From Neodothiora populina (taxonomy: Eukaryota), in contig NW_027191409.1 in assembly GCF_041146345.1 (NCBI RefSeq), forward strand, positions 1,612,001 through 1,676,000: 64,000 nucleotides of DNA. Reading direction: 5' to 3'. Position numbers and translations under genes: made by a program. Shown here in pieces: positions 25,636 to 39,702 of this stretch. Below the pieces are notes generated by a model. The model saw only the letters and a program-made list of their open reading frames with translations, ran no database searches and was not told the DNA's origin. Position 1 is the stretch's first letter; each line of letters begins with the position of its first letter.

Positions 25636-25922
25636 AAGCAGGGCCTTACTTTAAGGAGAGCAAAAAGGGAAAAGGAAAGGTATATATACGTCTGATTTGT
25701 TCTTTTGGGTCAAGACTACAGCAACCGAGGGCGGGCATGTGTAAAGGAGATGGTGACCGATGGCATCGGGAGGGAAACTAGCATAACAGGGGGCGAAGGG
25801 CTCGTCATTGTACACTTTATAGTCTTCCTCTCCCAGCGGAGAGAGAAATGACAGAACAAAACATGTGAGCGTTTCACGCGTGTCACAGTGATCAGTCGTA
25901 TACCTTATTGAAACCAGAGGCC

Positions 25923-25924
<2 letters not shown>

Positions 25925-25962
<38 letters not shown>
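25925..25962. repeat. (GA)19 microsatellite
   Basis: Read directly from the sequence. Confidence 0.95.
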
Positions 25963-25964
<2 letters not shown>

Positions 25965-26310
25965 AAAGAGACTCACGACTCATTCATGGATGACTTCCCA
26001 TGACTCTTGTGGCTTCTCATGACTCCCTCCCTCCCTTCCTTCTTTCCATTCCAAAACTCGGCTCGTGAATCTCAACCCTCCCCCTCCTACTTTTTAAGCC
26101 TCACATCTCGAATCTGATGTCCCATATCCAGCCGAATCCAGCAGGCACGCTCTGTAATCCTTTCTTGTTTCCGTTTCCGTTCACCTTACTGTAGGTTGGG
26201 CACATTCCATTCCATCCTATCCCATCCCATTCCATCGCACATACCTCAACCTAAGATCCTTTCTTTCCCCGATCAGTGAAGGAGCACAAGCTCAGGCCAT
26301 TGATTTATTA

Positions 26311-26354
26311 ATTCATTCATTCATTCATTCATTCATTCATTCATTCATTCATTC
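26311..26354. repeat. (ATTC)11 microsatellite
   Basis: Read directly from the sequence. Confidence 0.95.
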
Positions 26355-26877
26355 ATCCATCCATTGATGAATCCGAAACTCTCGCTGACTTTCTTCCCCT
26401 TGTAGACTTTTACTTGCCCTTTTTGACGCTTCTGCTGGACGTACGTTCAAGTTGAATTAAGGAATACTATACCTTGTTTTACAGGACCTTGGCTTGGCTG
26501 CTTCGTCCTGTCTTTCCTTGCTTACATGGACGAACACACCAGATGCTGACGAAGACGGACCGAACAACACGAACGAACGTACGTGGGAGCGAGAGCATTC
26601 TCAGAACACTTAAAATACACAGCATCCAGAGCGAAAAAAGTTGAGCCAATGATCAAGTAAACATGATTGACGACGGAAAAACAAGCCAAGATGAAGATAA
26701 ACGCAAAATATATACATTCTAAAAAGCACTAAGGTATCATAGGATTTTTCGAACTCCCCCCATTTCCAGAGGTCGTTCCGGACATGCACTGAAGAAAAAG
26801 GGACACGTAGACAAGTGTTGAGTGAGACAAGCCCACTGAACACCTGACCCTTTTTCTCTCGCAGCCACGCAACACAA

Positions 26878-28756
26878 CTAACAGAAGATCTTGTACACCT
26901 TCTTCCACTTGGGCCAAGCGGCCTGTTCGGCACGCTCCTCGGCGAGCAGCTCTGCCAGGTTCAACTCTCTGATACCCGTGTGCAGATCCATGTTGTGGCT
27001 GCGCACGAACGGAGTCCTGTACCAGATCTTGTAGCCCAGGTAGAATGCAATGACGACTGGAGCAGCGAGATACGCCTCGAACCAGTTCTTGACGAGCTCG
27101 TCCGCAGTCATGTCTGCGTAGCCGATAGGGGCGAAACCAGTCCAGAACTGAGCGATCAGAACAAGGCAGTTGAGGATGAAACCAATCCATGAACCAATAA
27201 GGCCAGGCTGGGAGCGGTAAGCGAGCTCGTCGAGGCTGTGGCCTTGCACCTTCCAGCCCTTGCGGAAGCGGATGTGGGCCAAACAAATAGATCCCCAGGT
27301 GAAGATGGACGAAAGACCTGAAAGGGCAAGCATCCAGTTGAAAGCCTCACCCTGGACAGAGGATCCAGCAAGGAAAGCCAAGAAACCAAGGACCGACGCG
27401 ATGACAATAGAAACAATGGGACGGCCAGTACGATCAATGTATCCGAGGATCTTTGGTGCTTGTCCTTGGTCGGCAAGGGCGGCAAGAGTGCGAGACGAAC
27501 CATAGATGGAGGAGTTTCCGACAGACAAAACCGCAATCATAATGACGACGTTCATTACCGATGGAAGTCCGCTGATACCGGCGTTCTTGATCGCAATGAC
27601 GAAAGGAGAGGCGGAAGCATCTGCGCTGCTGGTACCGTTCAGGAGCTTGTCGTCATTCCAAGGGACCAACAGGCCGACGAGAGTGAGCGAGACAATGTAG
27701 AAGAGGGTGATACGCCAGAAGACCTGCTTGACGGCGGTGGGAAGAGACTTGCGAGGGTTCTCGGTCTCGGCTGCAGCAAGACCAACAAGCTCGGTACCAG
27801 AGAAAGCAAAAGCTGCGGTGACAAAGACCGAACACAGACCCTTGAATCCATTGTGGAATGCACCAGGGTTGTGCCAGTACTTGCCGCCGATGTAGCCACC
27901 TCGAGGGCCACCTCCAGCAGCGAGAATAATACCGAGAATGATAAATCCGATGACGGCCAGAACCTTGATGATGGCGAAAACGAACTCGGCTTCACCGTAT
28001 CCTTTTACACCGAACAAGTTGATAGCGATGATGACGAACAAGAAGATGGCTACCCAGGCATCGTTGTTGATTGATCCTTGAGTCCAGTAATCGATGGTCA
28101 GAGTAGCAGCAACAATCTCAAGCGGCAGGACGACAAGCCATTGCAGAGCGTAACTGTTGATGTTGTAAGCAAGATGTTTTCCCGATGCTGACAAACCCGA
28201 AAGAACTTACTTCCAGCCCATGGCAAACCCCCAGGCAGGGTCAAGGAAACGTGTCGAATATGCAGAGAAAGAACCAGCGACGGGGAACAAAACGGCCATC
28301 TCTCCTAGAGCATGCACCGTACAGTAAAGCATAATACCGATGATACCATAAGCGATGAGCAGTGATGCAGGTCCTCCATTTGCTAGCGAACTACCTGAAC
28401 CGACGAAGAGACCAGTACCTACAAGACTGTAAGTCAAGAGCGTTCCTGCAGCAGTTGCTGTCTGAGAGACAAGACTTACCAATAGAACCACCGATAGCGA
28501 TCATCTGCAGATGACGACCTTTTAGAGATCTCGCCAGCCCTGTGTCTGCTGTTGCGGCCACTGCAGTCTCGACATCGAAGGTCTTGCCTTCTGCGGCACC
28601 CTTGGGAGTCGCATGAGCGTTGGGGTCGCGCTTGAATGAATCTACGAAGCGTGTGGCAAAGGAGCCTTTGTATGAGGTGCTCTGTCCATACTCAACAGCA
28701 CCGTGATCCTCGCCAGTGTAAGGTGATGATGGGCCGGCCTTCTCGATGTCGTCCAT
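26878..28756 (-). CDS. GAP1: General amino acid permease (YAT/APC family)
   Basis: LKGRHLQMIAIGGSIG/TGLFVGSG, ALGEMAVLFP, GYGEAEF, AAFAFSGTELVGLAAAETENP. Multiple TM segments, two introns. Confidence 0.92.
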
Positions 28757-31700
28757 TGTGGATGATGTGTCGTCGTAATGTCAAACACCTGTAAGCGATG
28801 TAGAAGAAAGATACAAGAAAGGCAGGCTTGGTCTCGTTACACAAAACAAGCTGCACTAGCTACTACTTCCAGCCTCGAAGTCTATAATGAACGATTTATA
28901 TTTTTGGGACACCGTTTTTCTGAAGAGTCGGCAGAGAGCATCGCTTTTATTTCACGCAAGCCAAGGCGCGTAGAAAGAATGTGCTAATAGAGTTATGGAA
29001 GATGTACTGCTAGGCTGGCCTCAAGAGGACGATGAATGGTTGGAATCAAAAGCGCTATCTACGGGCGCGCATTGATGCACGCCTTCCCGACGCCACCATC
29101 ATCAGATAGTCCCTCAGTAGGGTGCACCACTGCCCCGGGTCTGTAACGACGGAACGGTTAATACGTAGGATTCGGAAGAAATACTTGTGCGAAAGTACCC
29201 ATAGTGGTGAACGACAGCTTTGTACCCAGGACTTTTTGGTTATTGCTAATTCGCCGTAGGCCTTGATCTACTTCGACTTTTCGATGTTCTATGAGGGGGA
29301 AACATGCGTCGCAGATGGACGTTCACTTTTGCAGCTCCCTTGAGAGGACGATCATGCAGTGAAGTCTAGAATGGCAAGGCGAGGCAAGGTACAGTAAAGC
29401 AGGACCTCGATCACTGTGTCTCTGGGGATCCCAATGTCTGACGCGCAAGGACCACTTTTCGAAGAGGGTCTCGCGTGTCCAGATACCCTGACCCCACTTG
29501 GCCACGCTTGTTGATATCTAAACTCGGTCAGCGCCGCCTATTGCTTTATGTGGTGCGCCAAATCGAGAGACGTAATTCTCCACACACATATAATATGGAG
29601 CCCAGATAAGACAGAACAAACTAAGGTAAGCTTTTTCTTTCCTCACCAGCTTGACACAAGAGTCTATAGTAATACCGTACATGGCCGTTTCTTATGTTCT
29701 TGCGTATCTATTCTATGACGGAATCAGGATTCTGATTGATACATCAGCCTACCAAAACGAAAACTCAGTATCTGACGTGTACGATCCATGTATCCGTTGT
29801 CCGTTGTCCGTCGAGCTCCTTCCGGCGACGTAAGGCGACTAAGGTTGCATTTTGCTTCTTTGCAATCATGTCGTACTACGGAGGATGGGCGCCTTTGAGT
29901 AGACGGCTTGACTCAGCGGGCCCCGAAGCACGAAGCACGGAGACGAATGCACACAGAGCTCGCCTCGGTTTCTCGCGATCACGGATTAACAGTACATTCG
30001 GTTTGCCTTTTCCCCTCCATATCCTCTTTTGATGCCATGCGGGGACAAGCTTCGGGGACTTGGGGCCCGTCGCAGACCACACGGCTTGGTCGTCAGTACA
30101 ACTCCATGAGGTGCTTGTAGATCTACTGTGACAAGCGACTGCAAAAGTTCAAGCTTTTTCGTTTATAAAAAATGCTTGGTGACATAACGTGAGCAAGCAG
30201 TGACAATTGTCGCTACAAGGCGGCTAAGGCGCAATGTGCCGGAAGCATCACGGTTAGCCAATGGAAAGTCTAAAGGCCAAGCAGGTACAGTGACGAGGCG
30301 TTAGCGCAGAGATAAGGGTTATTGTCTGCATCTGTCATAGCCAACTCACCCGGGCTGCTTTGCGCGCGTGCGCGCCACTTTAATCGACCTTCCTCTCTTA
30401 TCCACACAATAACGGAAAACATCATCTGCTTTGTGATTGAGTGGCTTGTTTTTTGAGTCTCTACAATCACCGATTTACTTTTCACCAGGATGGATCTCGA
30501 CTAGATGTTGTTCTCGAGTCAGTTTGTCAGACATGTCAGCCCGGGATTATTCGCTACTCGCTCTCAGTACAGCGAGATGGCGTCTTCGGAATACAAGATT
30601 GCCCGCCGCATAGAGGCACTTTCACGGCGACGCCGAAAGAGCAGCACCTATTGGGAGCAGGGGAGATCGCGATCTGCGCATTTTCGATGATCTCCTGGCG
30701 TGGTCTGATCTGAAAAAAAAAAAGGAAGATGTATTATTTGACCTTGATTAGTCGTCGAACATGTTTCGTAAATTTCGTATGTGCATGTGCATGGTCTGCG
30801 AATCTTGATGCCGGGATCACGAGCTCCTTCTCGCTACAAGTGTGTATATGCCTTTCGAAACATCCAGGCCATTGGTTCCCGAGTCATTATCTGTAGATTG
30901 TCAGGAACATCATGCTCTCTTCCTGCCTACTCAGCAACTTCTCAATAATGGAACTATTAATGTTACATCTGTCATACCCGAATACGTGACTATTGGGAGG
31001 ACTCCAGGCGTTGCTTTTCGCTGTCGTCTCACCACCTAATACCCTACCTTTACCTTCAAGCGAGACGTTCAACCCGTGACGCACGTATATCCATTCATTC
31101 CACAGAAAGCATCTTGTCTCCAGTCCCATGCTGCCGCTCGCGTCACTTCTGCGTTCCACTCTACCCGCTCTCCACGGACACTCGATACCTCTACAGTGGG
31201 GTTTTCCATCCCATGACTGCATCCAATCTCGTCTCATCCGCAGTACCCTCCCTGGCCTGAGGCGACGCATCGCGACGCAAGACAGACCAGTCCACCCTGC
31301 CTGCTCTCTGATGCGAAAGGTAGAGCCATCTGCCGCTTTGATCCGCGCGCGGGAGAGACTACCGCTCGCACTCCCGAGAGTGAATGCACACAACGCAAAG
31401 ACAGACAGATAGGTGACGAGACGAAACGAGACAATTTTGTGATTGCACGGCCGCCGAGCGGTAGTACTGTTGACGAAAGAGCGCTTACTCGGTTATCCGC
31501 GCGTATAAAAGGCAGAAGTTTCGTTTTGTCTGATTTTATGATAGTCGCTGATTAGCTGGCTGACTGGCTAGTTGGCTGGTTGGCTGGTTAGGTGTGCAGT
31601 ACTATAATAGTCGTAATCAGTAGCAATAGCAGTAGTGTGACTCGTGCAGTGAGTGATCATCCTGGCTGCAATTCGGATATATGAAAAGAAACCCTGGTGG

Positions 31701-32956
31701 AGTTTCTCCGAGGGTTGTGTACTTGTACTCCACCTACTGTAGTGGGCACGTACAAGTATAGTTGGCGCATGCCATGTGCGGAAAGCAGGATGGTACTGTA
31801 GGTTTATTTGTCGGCTTTCACATGGTCAATCTTCTTCGTAGGTATATGTCGATCGTTGTGTTGTTGTGCTAATAAGTGAGCGTACACATTGAAATGCTGG
31901 GGTGAGCATATGATCTATCTACCGCATCCTTCATGCTCTAAGAAATAAATAACACGACTACCCTGTCCGGTGAACGGCAATAGCTTCAAATCACCTCTAG
32001 CTTAGTGCTTGCAATCCGAGACTTATATCTGCCGTTGGCTCCTTGACGAACCTTTGGGACAAAAAGACGAAAATAAAAGCAGACAAGACAGGGTTGCCCT
32101 CCCGTCAACCAACCTATGCACTTTCCTCACCTGTGCGTCTTTCGTGTCGCTCATACATTACCTTTGTCAAGACTAAAGTCGAATACACGCATTCCTCCTC
32201 GGAAAGGTCTATGAGCCGTGCCAATCTGATACTGTTTACAGTTTACGCACACACATACATGTCACAGAAAGGTTATTCTGCTTCTGCCTCAGTTTCATCT
32301 TCTTCCATATCTTATCACAGCCACCGAAAAAGAAAACTCCCATCTCTCAACTTTCCCGTGAGATCGTCGGGAGAGATTACGACACAATAATAGAAGGGCT
32401 AGCTCACTTTCGTTCTGTTCATACTCACCTCACCGCTCAATGCGATTCATAACCCGTTCAGACGGATCTTCCGCTTGTTCTTTGTTCTTTTCAACCACTC
32501 GAATCCAAACCAACCTCAACCTTTCATGAAAGAACGAACTCAGCAGCAGGACGGCTCGATAACTTCTGAGGTAGGGAAAAGAAAACAAAAAGGCATGTAT
32601 AAGATATGTATGTATACATTCAGATGATGAATAAGGTAACGTGTATTTCTCCACCCCCAGAATAAAAAATAAAGTAAAAAATAAGAAAATAACACGAACT
32701 TTCGTCGCAAAAGTGGTATCCCGAAGCTATACAAAATGAGACGAAAAAGAACACCGCCAAAAAGAAACCCCATAAACAGGTCGCGAGAATGGAGGAAATC
32801 GAAAGTAGAGGTTGAGGCGATTATCTTCCCCTCGTACAGCGCTAGATTAGACATGACTTTTGTCTTGCATCTTTTGATTAGAAAATCGAGCTTGGGTGAC
32901 TGCGCCGCTGTCCTGCAAGATTACCTTTCCTTTGACTGAGCTGTCGGTAAAGGAAA

Positions 32957-35900
32957 TCATTGTTGTGCTGGTTCCTGCTTTGGCTGCGGTGACGGCCCTC
33001 CCAATACAGTAAAGCCATGGGGAGTAAACTCGGGCACTCCCTGAATCACCTTCGGGGCGTCTGTAGCATCTCTCGCGCTGGCCCCACCAGTGCTGGCCCC
33101 GCTAGATGCAACGGGTTCGAAAGGCTCGCCAAGCTGTGCTGGCGAATGGACTTCCTCCTTGTCGGGCTCTCTGAAGTCAAACACCTTCTCGTTATCACCG
33201 ACTGGACTGAACGCCTCCACCTCTTCAACTTCTTCTTCCTCGTCTTCTTCCAGTATATCTGCTCCGTCTCCTTCACCCTCTTCGCCGAGCAAGCCTTGTT
33301 GAGCCATTTCCTCTTCTTCCTCTTCTTCTTCGGCGATGGGCAGTTCGCCACTGCGACGTCCCTGTGCGCTGGCGGTCCTGCTTCCAGGTTCACTCCCACC
33401 AGGGGTACCTCGCCCGCCTCGCGCACTTGTGATAGTACCCAATGCAGGCCCCTTGAACACACTTCGCTTTTTCTTGGCAAATACAGGATGCATGCCTGGA
33501 CTGGGTGGTCCAAAGGCGCTGAAGGCTGACGTTGGAGGTGGTATACCTATAGCGCGATCCTGGAACGGAGATGGAGGGAGCGTTCCCAACATCCCAGGAG
33601 GTGGACGACGATTTATGCGTATACCGGCGGGGAAAGTGCCAGTCACCGAAGTAGGTGTGCCGGGGTGTATCAGTTTGACGCTACTGTGCGGGCTCTTCTG
33701 GCGTCGAGACGAGATGGAGATATTGCTTGGTGACGCCAATGATGCAGAAGACGTGCTCGACGCCTTCGAGTGACTGTGGTGATGCGCGTGGATGCTGCGG
33801 AAGGAGGACACGGAAGAGGATGTTGATTTGCGCCCTTTTAGTCCTGCACTGCTTCTACGGTATAAAGACGAGCGTGGCGTTAAAGGAGCCGGCGAGAGCG
33901 AGGGGCGCTTGCTGTGTGTTCGACTGCCAGTGGACCCATAGGATGAAGTTGTGCTGACGCGCGGTCGCGCGGGATAGGTGTTACGAGGCTGGAACTCGGG
34001 TCGAGTTTGAGAATATGAAGTTTTTCGCATCTCGAGAAGCTGAGTGCTGGAGCGACTCAACGTGTCGCGAGTGGCCATGGACCCGTGGGCGGAATTTGGT
34101 GGAAAGCGTGGCGACGTGGTGGAAGTGCTGTGGTTGGAGCTGCTGGGCGATTTGCTCGTGCGTTTTGTCGACTCCCTGATCCAGTGTTTGAAATGCGCAA
34201 TCTGCTCCTTGAACGGACGTTTTCGTTTCTGGTGGAACGGAGGCGGGGCGAGTAGACCATTAGTGGTGTGTGCGAGTTGCATAATGCCACTGCTGCTCCG
34301 TGATCCTGCACGAGGTCGCCGTGCTGGAAACTCTTTGGGTGGAGGTACCGGTCTTTGGCGTGACGAGCTGGCGGATCGCAAGCCATTGGCCATGTCCTTT
34401 TCGACTGGAGGAGGCCTACCATCCTCTCGCTCCGGCGTACGGGCTTCGTTGACCCGGGGAAGATCTGGAGGAGCAGCGCTAGACCTGCTCGTGTTTCGAC
34501 CCCGAGTCCTCGGAGGATCTTCAGAGAGCGCTATGGGATGCTCCTCGTTGATGTCTTTCAAGCTCGCAGCGGCCAAAAGCCTGTTACTGGCGGCGCTCAA
34601 TCTCCGAATGCTCTTCGCCTCGGCTTCACGCTCTTTCCGTTTCCTGCTGCGCCGTCTCTCCTTACGTTCCTCCTTTTCAATCAAAAGGGCCCACCAGCCA
34701 GCCAAAGAATCGCATCTCTGCGCCAGAACGTGCTCTATCACCATATCAATATCCACTCCTGCACTACGCATCCTTAGTAACGTGTTCTTTTCGAGATCGG
34801 TGGTGAAAGGTGCAGGTTGTTGGACTTTCAGGATCTCCTGTTGCTGGGGAGCATACTCGGCCAGCCACGGGTGTCTCAGGATGTCGGCAAGAGCAGGTCG
34901 AAGCAGCGGGCGCTTAGACAACAACTTCGAGATCAGGTCTTTGGCACCTTCGGGCACATAATCGGGGTATTTCGGGTCCTCTTTCAATATCAATGCCTTG
35001 GAGGCCGACTCGTCGTCCTCGTCGAACGGTAGCTCGCCGCAGAGCAAGGCGTAAAGAATGATGCCCAGACTCCACACGTCCACCTTTTCGCCTGCGTACT
35101 TTTCTCCCTTGAGCATCTCGGGGGCACTGTAGCAGACGGTTCCGCACCAGGTCTGGAGATAGCTACTGCTGCCCTGGTACTCTCTCGTGAAGCCAAAGTC
35201 GCAAAGCTTGACATTGCCGTGTTTGTCGAGCAGAATGTTCTCGAGTTTGAGATCGCGGTGCACGCATTGTTTGCCGTGTACGTAGGCCACAGCTCCAAGC
35301 AATTGAGTGAATATCTTTTGCACCGTGGCTTCTTCCATGCGGCCATTTTTGAGGAGGTAGTTGTAGAGTTCGTCGCCTGGTTTGCCATGGGAGCGTTAGT
35401 TTCTTGCATAATGTTGATGGCCCGGGAGGACACTTGAGCGACTGACCAGAGCAGTACTCCAGCACCAGCCATACAAGGCTCTCGGTGACTATGACCTCAT
35501 ATAGACGAGCGATGTGTGGATGGAGGAATTGGCGATGATGGTGGATCTCTCTTGCCAGGTTCGCATCGTCCTTCTTTGCCGACTTGAGCACGACCTGTGG
35601 TGAGCCCAGTCAGCGTTTCTCTTTCCTTGTAGACCTTGAAATGCCCATGCCTTTGAGCCATTGGTGAGCTTGTGCGAGGCGAGGTAGACCTTGCCAAAAG
35701 AGCCCTTTCCGATCAAGCGTCCGACGGTATAGTTGCCTACAGTACGGAGGTCTTTTGAATTGAACTCGCTGGTCTTGGAATCAGTAAAGTGGAACGATGC
35801 ATCGCGCAGCAAGACGCGATGGGCGAACAGAGCGAAGGCTTACTCGAGAAGCTCTTGATATGAAGTGGCGAGCTGAACAATTCACGCGTCGAGTCAGTAA

Positions 35901-35994
35901 ACAGAGTCAAGTTGTGGAAAACGAGGGATCCACATAAACACACCTTGTTCTTGTGCGTCTGAAGCTCGGCTTGTGCCCGAGAAGCTGGTGGCAT
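32957..35994 (-). CDS. Ser/Thr protein kinase, CAMK/CAMKL group (S. pombe Ppk16-like)
   Basis: GNYTVGRLIGKGSFGKVY, HRDLKLEN, DFG, CGTVCYSAPE, DVWSLG and a long S/R-rich tail. Five exons, including a 29-nt exon (35844-35872) and a GC-AG intron (35595-35650). Confidence 0.93.
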
Positions 35995-37007
35995 ACGTCA
36001 AGCAGCAGCAGGCTGGGCCAGCCTAATGGAGGAAGGATGTTCTTCTTGTTGTCTTTGTTGTTGATTATTACTGTTGCGGATGCCGTCTGTCCTTTGGCCA
36101 ATATATCAGATATCGTGTCGCTCCACTTGCGCTAGCACTCGATCCGTACCGTAGACGACAAGCAGAGTACAGGCAGCCAGGCAGCTACGAAGAACAAAAG
36201 TACAGTAAAGTAGCGCACGACACAGTAGTCTGACTCAAAAGCTACCCTACTGTGCTTGCTGGCTGTGTACTGTACCTTAGCTAACCTGCTGTTTTGCGGA
36301 GGCGGAGAGGCGGAGGCTCGGCGGGTAGACGGCCTGTCAAGATACGACGGCAGTGACAATGATGCTGCTGATGGTGGCGATGCGCGCTTGCATAGGCCGA
36401 TATAAGGATATTCAATTATAAGAGGTAAGGTGCGGTAGAACTATATTAAGAAATGCCGGATCTGGCAGTGTTGTCACGGAACAAGTAGTAAGAAAAGCAG
36501 CAGCGGGCATTGGGGGAGAGATGACCTGGTAAAGGTGAATGAAGACAAGACAAGACAAATTAGGGATAAATTACCAAGGGCGTTGGATGATGGAAGCGAG
36601 TTCTGGCTTGTTGTTGGTGTATTTCTGCTGCTAGTAGTCGTTCATGCCATGTTCGTATCAATGCCAGGCAATGGAAATGCTCTTTCTCCCACTATCGCTC
36701 TCCCTCCCTCCCTCCCTCGCACATGCAAGAGACAGGCGACACGCGAGATCCATGATCCAATGAGATCCATGTTGACCCATGCGCCGACGCCTTCATTTCC
36801 CAAATCCTGACGCGCGCGCGTCATTTCTGCTTATACTGTAAATGTACCTGCCCCCGGACCAGCCCGTGCTCATTCACCTCGACAGGGTGGAAAGTGCCTT
36901 GGATCTTTTGATACTCTCACGGTCAATTCAGTCTTATTACGTACAGCATTGGCGAATCCGCCATGGCTACCTTACCCACAGTGTTCTACCTGAGCTGACT
37001 GCTTGTA

Positions 37008-39702
37008 TCATCCTCGCGATCGTCTGATGTCCGCGATTGCTTTTCTTCGGTAGTCGCTGTCTGCGAACAGTGCTTGGATCAAATCCACAACCTCCTCCGC
37101 AACAAACTCCAGCCTCAGCTCCCCCTCACTCCAAAAATACTTAATGTCCGCCAGCGAGCCCTCGAGTATTTCCGCAAGATACTGGAACTTGAGCCAATTG
37201 GGACAGTAGATGCCGGTCGTGTCGTGTGCCTCTCCGTCTCCGGGATGTTTCTGCATGAACAGATCCCTGATCGCCAGCATCTTGTCACAGTGAGACCACA
37301 GCCGCTTGGACTCCTCCTCTCCAATGTCCGACAAGTCCTCAATGTCTATGATTATTTTGCCTGTCACCGTGCCTAGGAGCGACCCGAGTGATTGCAGCAG
37401 TGCAGACTTGGACAATATCCCCTCCCATTGCTTGTATACATCTCTCAGTCGGCTTGCTGTGATTTCCACCGCACTGTCGCATGCGCTAGCGAAGGGCTCC
37501 GTCGTGCAGCTTGAGAAACCCTGCGCTCCGTCCAGCATATCCCCTAGAATCGTGCGTTGCGCTTCCATCTCTGCACCGTACGCTCGTTTGGCGAATTGGT
37601 CCAGAGCTTTGATCTCGCTGTCCAACTTCAGCCGTGACGTTGGCCGTGAGCTTGGTGCGAGCGCAGAGGAAGCATCCTTGTCCGAATGCCGAGCGATCAA
37701 GGAACGCAGCTGATCCGCCAACCTGGTGCTGTCGTTGTAGATTAGCATGTTGCCCGTGTCAAGCCTTCCATATGCCGTCGACGACGTAGCGCGGTACATG
37801 GCCAGGACGAAAGTAGGAACGACATAGAGAGCAGTCGCTGCGGGCCCGATCGACGTTTGCGCGTAACTTGCATCCATCAAGGTCTCGGCGTCCAGGATAG
37901 ACTCCTCAATGATTTTGAGTATACCGTCAGGCACAGCCGTGACGGTATATGTTTCCTTCAGTGTGACCTCTCTCTCCGCTGCGTCTTTCTCTGTCTCCTT
38001 CTTGCTTGGGGCCTTCTCTTGCTCTTGGTCTTGCGTTTTCTCCACAATCGGGGCTGTTTCATTTGGATCTTCGTCTCCCCAGCCCCAAGCGTCGACGTCT
38101 GCATCAATTTCCTCGACTTCCTCCACATCCCCTTTCGCCTTCGCAGTGTCTGTCGTCGAATCCTCTCCTGGCGGATCGTCGTCCATAGCCCATGCGCTCG
38201 CATCGTCGTCATCATCCATGTCTTCTGCCGGCGCCGGCGCCGGTGCCTTTGCGTCCGGCATGGAAGCTGTCTCTTGCTCTTCGCCCCATTCTGCGTCCCA
38301 AGCATCATCGTCGGTCTCACCACCGGCGCCCATGAGCGCATCGCCCTTGGATATCATTTGCGTTTCGACTCTCTCAACCGTGTGTCTTTCCCTGAGCTTG
38401 GTGAATAACAAGGCTCGCACAGCACCCAGCGCGGTCTCTCGTCGCTTGGCTAACCACGTACGCGGTGCGCTCTGTACCCATTCTGTAAGTGGTTTCGTGC
38501 TTGCAGGCCATGAGAGCCCATCAATCTGTAGCGCTAGCTTCGACACCCGATCCAGAACTCGTTGAAAGAATGGCATCTCATCAATTCGAATCGGGACACA
38601 TGTATCGAGCCATGTTGTAGTAATGATGTCCAGGAGTTGCGGGAGCAAGACTTGGGAAAGTGGCAGCATCAATGACGATGGTAGGTGCGAGTTCAAAAAC
38701 TCAAGTAATCCCCAGAAGTCCCCAAGAACGCTCATGATTTCAGTGTCGCCATCTTGTCGCGAGACAGAAATCGAGCAGCTCTCTATAAGTATCTTGCTGT
38801 GAGTAGCAGTGTCACGAGACAAAGCTGGTCGAATGACGGCTGAGTCGAGGTCGCGTCGAAGGCGGTCGAGATAGGCTGGTAGGATATTCAGAGTGGTCAG
38901 AACATTCACGGCAGCTTCAATATCATGTGTTCCTGGTATTGCTTGTTAGCACGAGGGCCGAGCAGCGTATATCCCGTGCACTTACGATGCTCGACTTCGA
39001 CGACGTTGACGCTGTGATCTGCTGTGTTTGTCTTGATGGTTTCCCGCAGACCCTGTGTAGCCTGATCAGCCAGCGCAGACTTGATCTTCTGGATGCGTAT
39101 CTGCAGCAGATCATAGGCTCTTGTGTGGTCCACGGCTGCTAATTCTGGAAGGACAGAATCCACCTGCTTTATGGCAGCCAGTGCGGATGCCAGGTCGTTG
39201 TTGATCATTGCATCTTGACACTCGTCGAGGGTAGACCTGAGGCTCCGGATCTTGCTCAAAGTATTGACTAACTCTTCGTTGTAAGCGACCTCCTTCTCCA
39301 GCAAGCCGGCCTTGTTGCCAGCCTCGTCTGCATCTTGTCGCAGCTCCTCGCCCTCTCTAGCCTGCTGGACTATCTCTCGCGCCGTGGCTTTGGAGTGCTC
39401 GATGTCTGCTTGCAACTTCTTGGCCTGCGCGATCCAGCCATCGACGTCTGGGGCGACATCTCTGCTCAACTGGCGTATGTCGGCCTGTCAGAATGCTGTT
39501 AGACTTCGGCGACCGTGTTATGGCACAGATTGACCCACACCTTAACTTCGTCGCGGGCTCTTTGCAAATCAACCAGTAAATCAGGAAGCACATTGGGCCT
39601 CAGCTCTGCCGAAGACACGGCTTCTGATTCGGGATATGCGCCATGTTCCACAGAGCCAACGATGGCCTCTTTCAGGCTCGCATCAGATATTGCAGACGAC
39701 AT
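37008..39702 (-). CDS. ZW10/Dsl1-like kinetochore and ER-tethering protein
   Basis: GAYPESEAVSSAEL..DVDGWIAQAKKLQADI; acidic W-rich lasso (DAWDAEWG, DAWGWGD); C-terminal WLKFQYLAEILEGSLADI..EVVDLIQALFADSDYRRKAI. Two introns. Confidence 0.9.
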
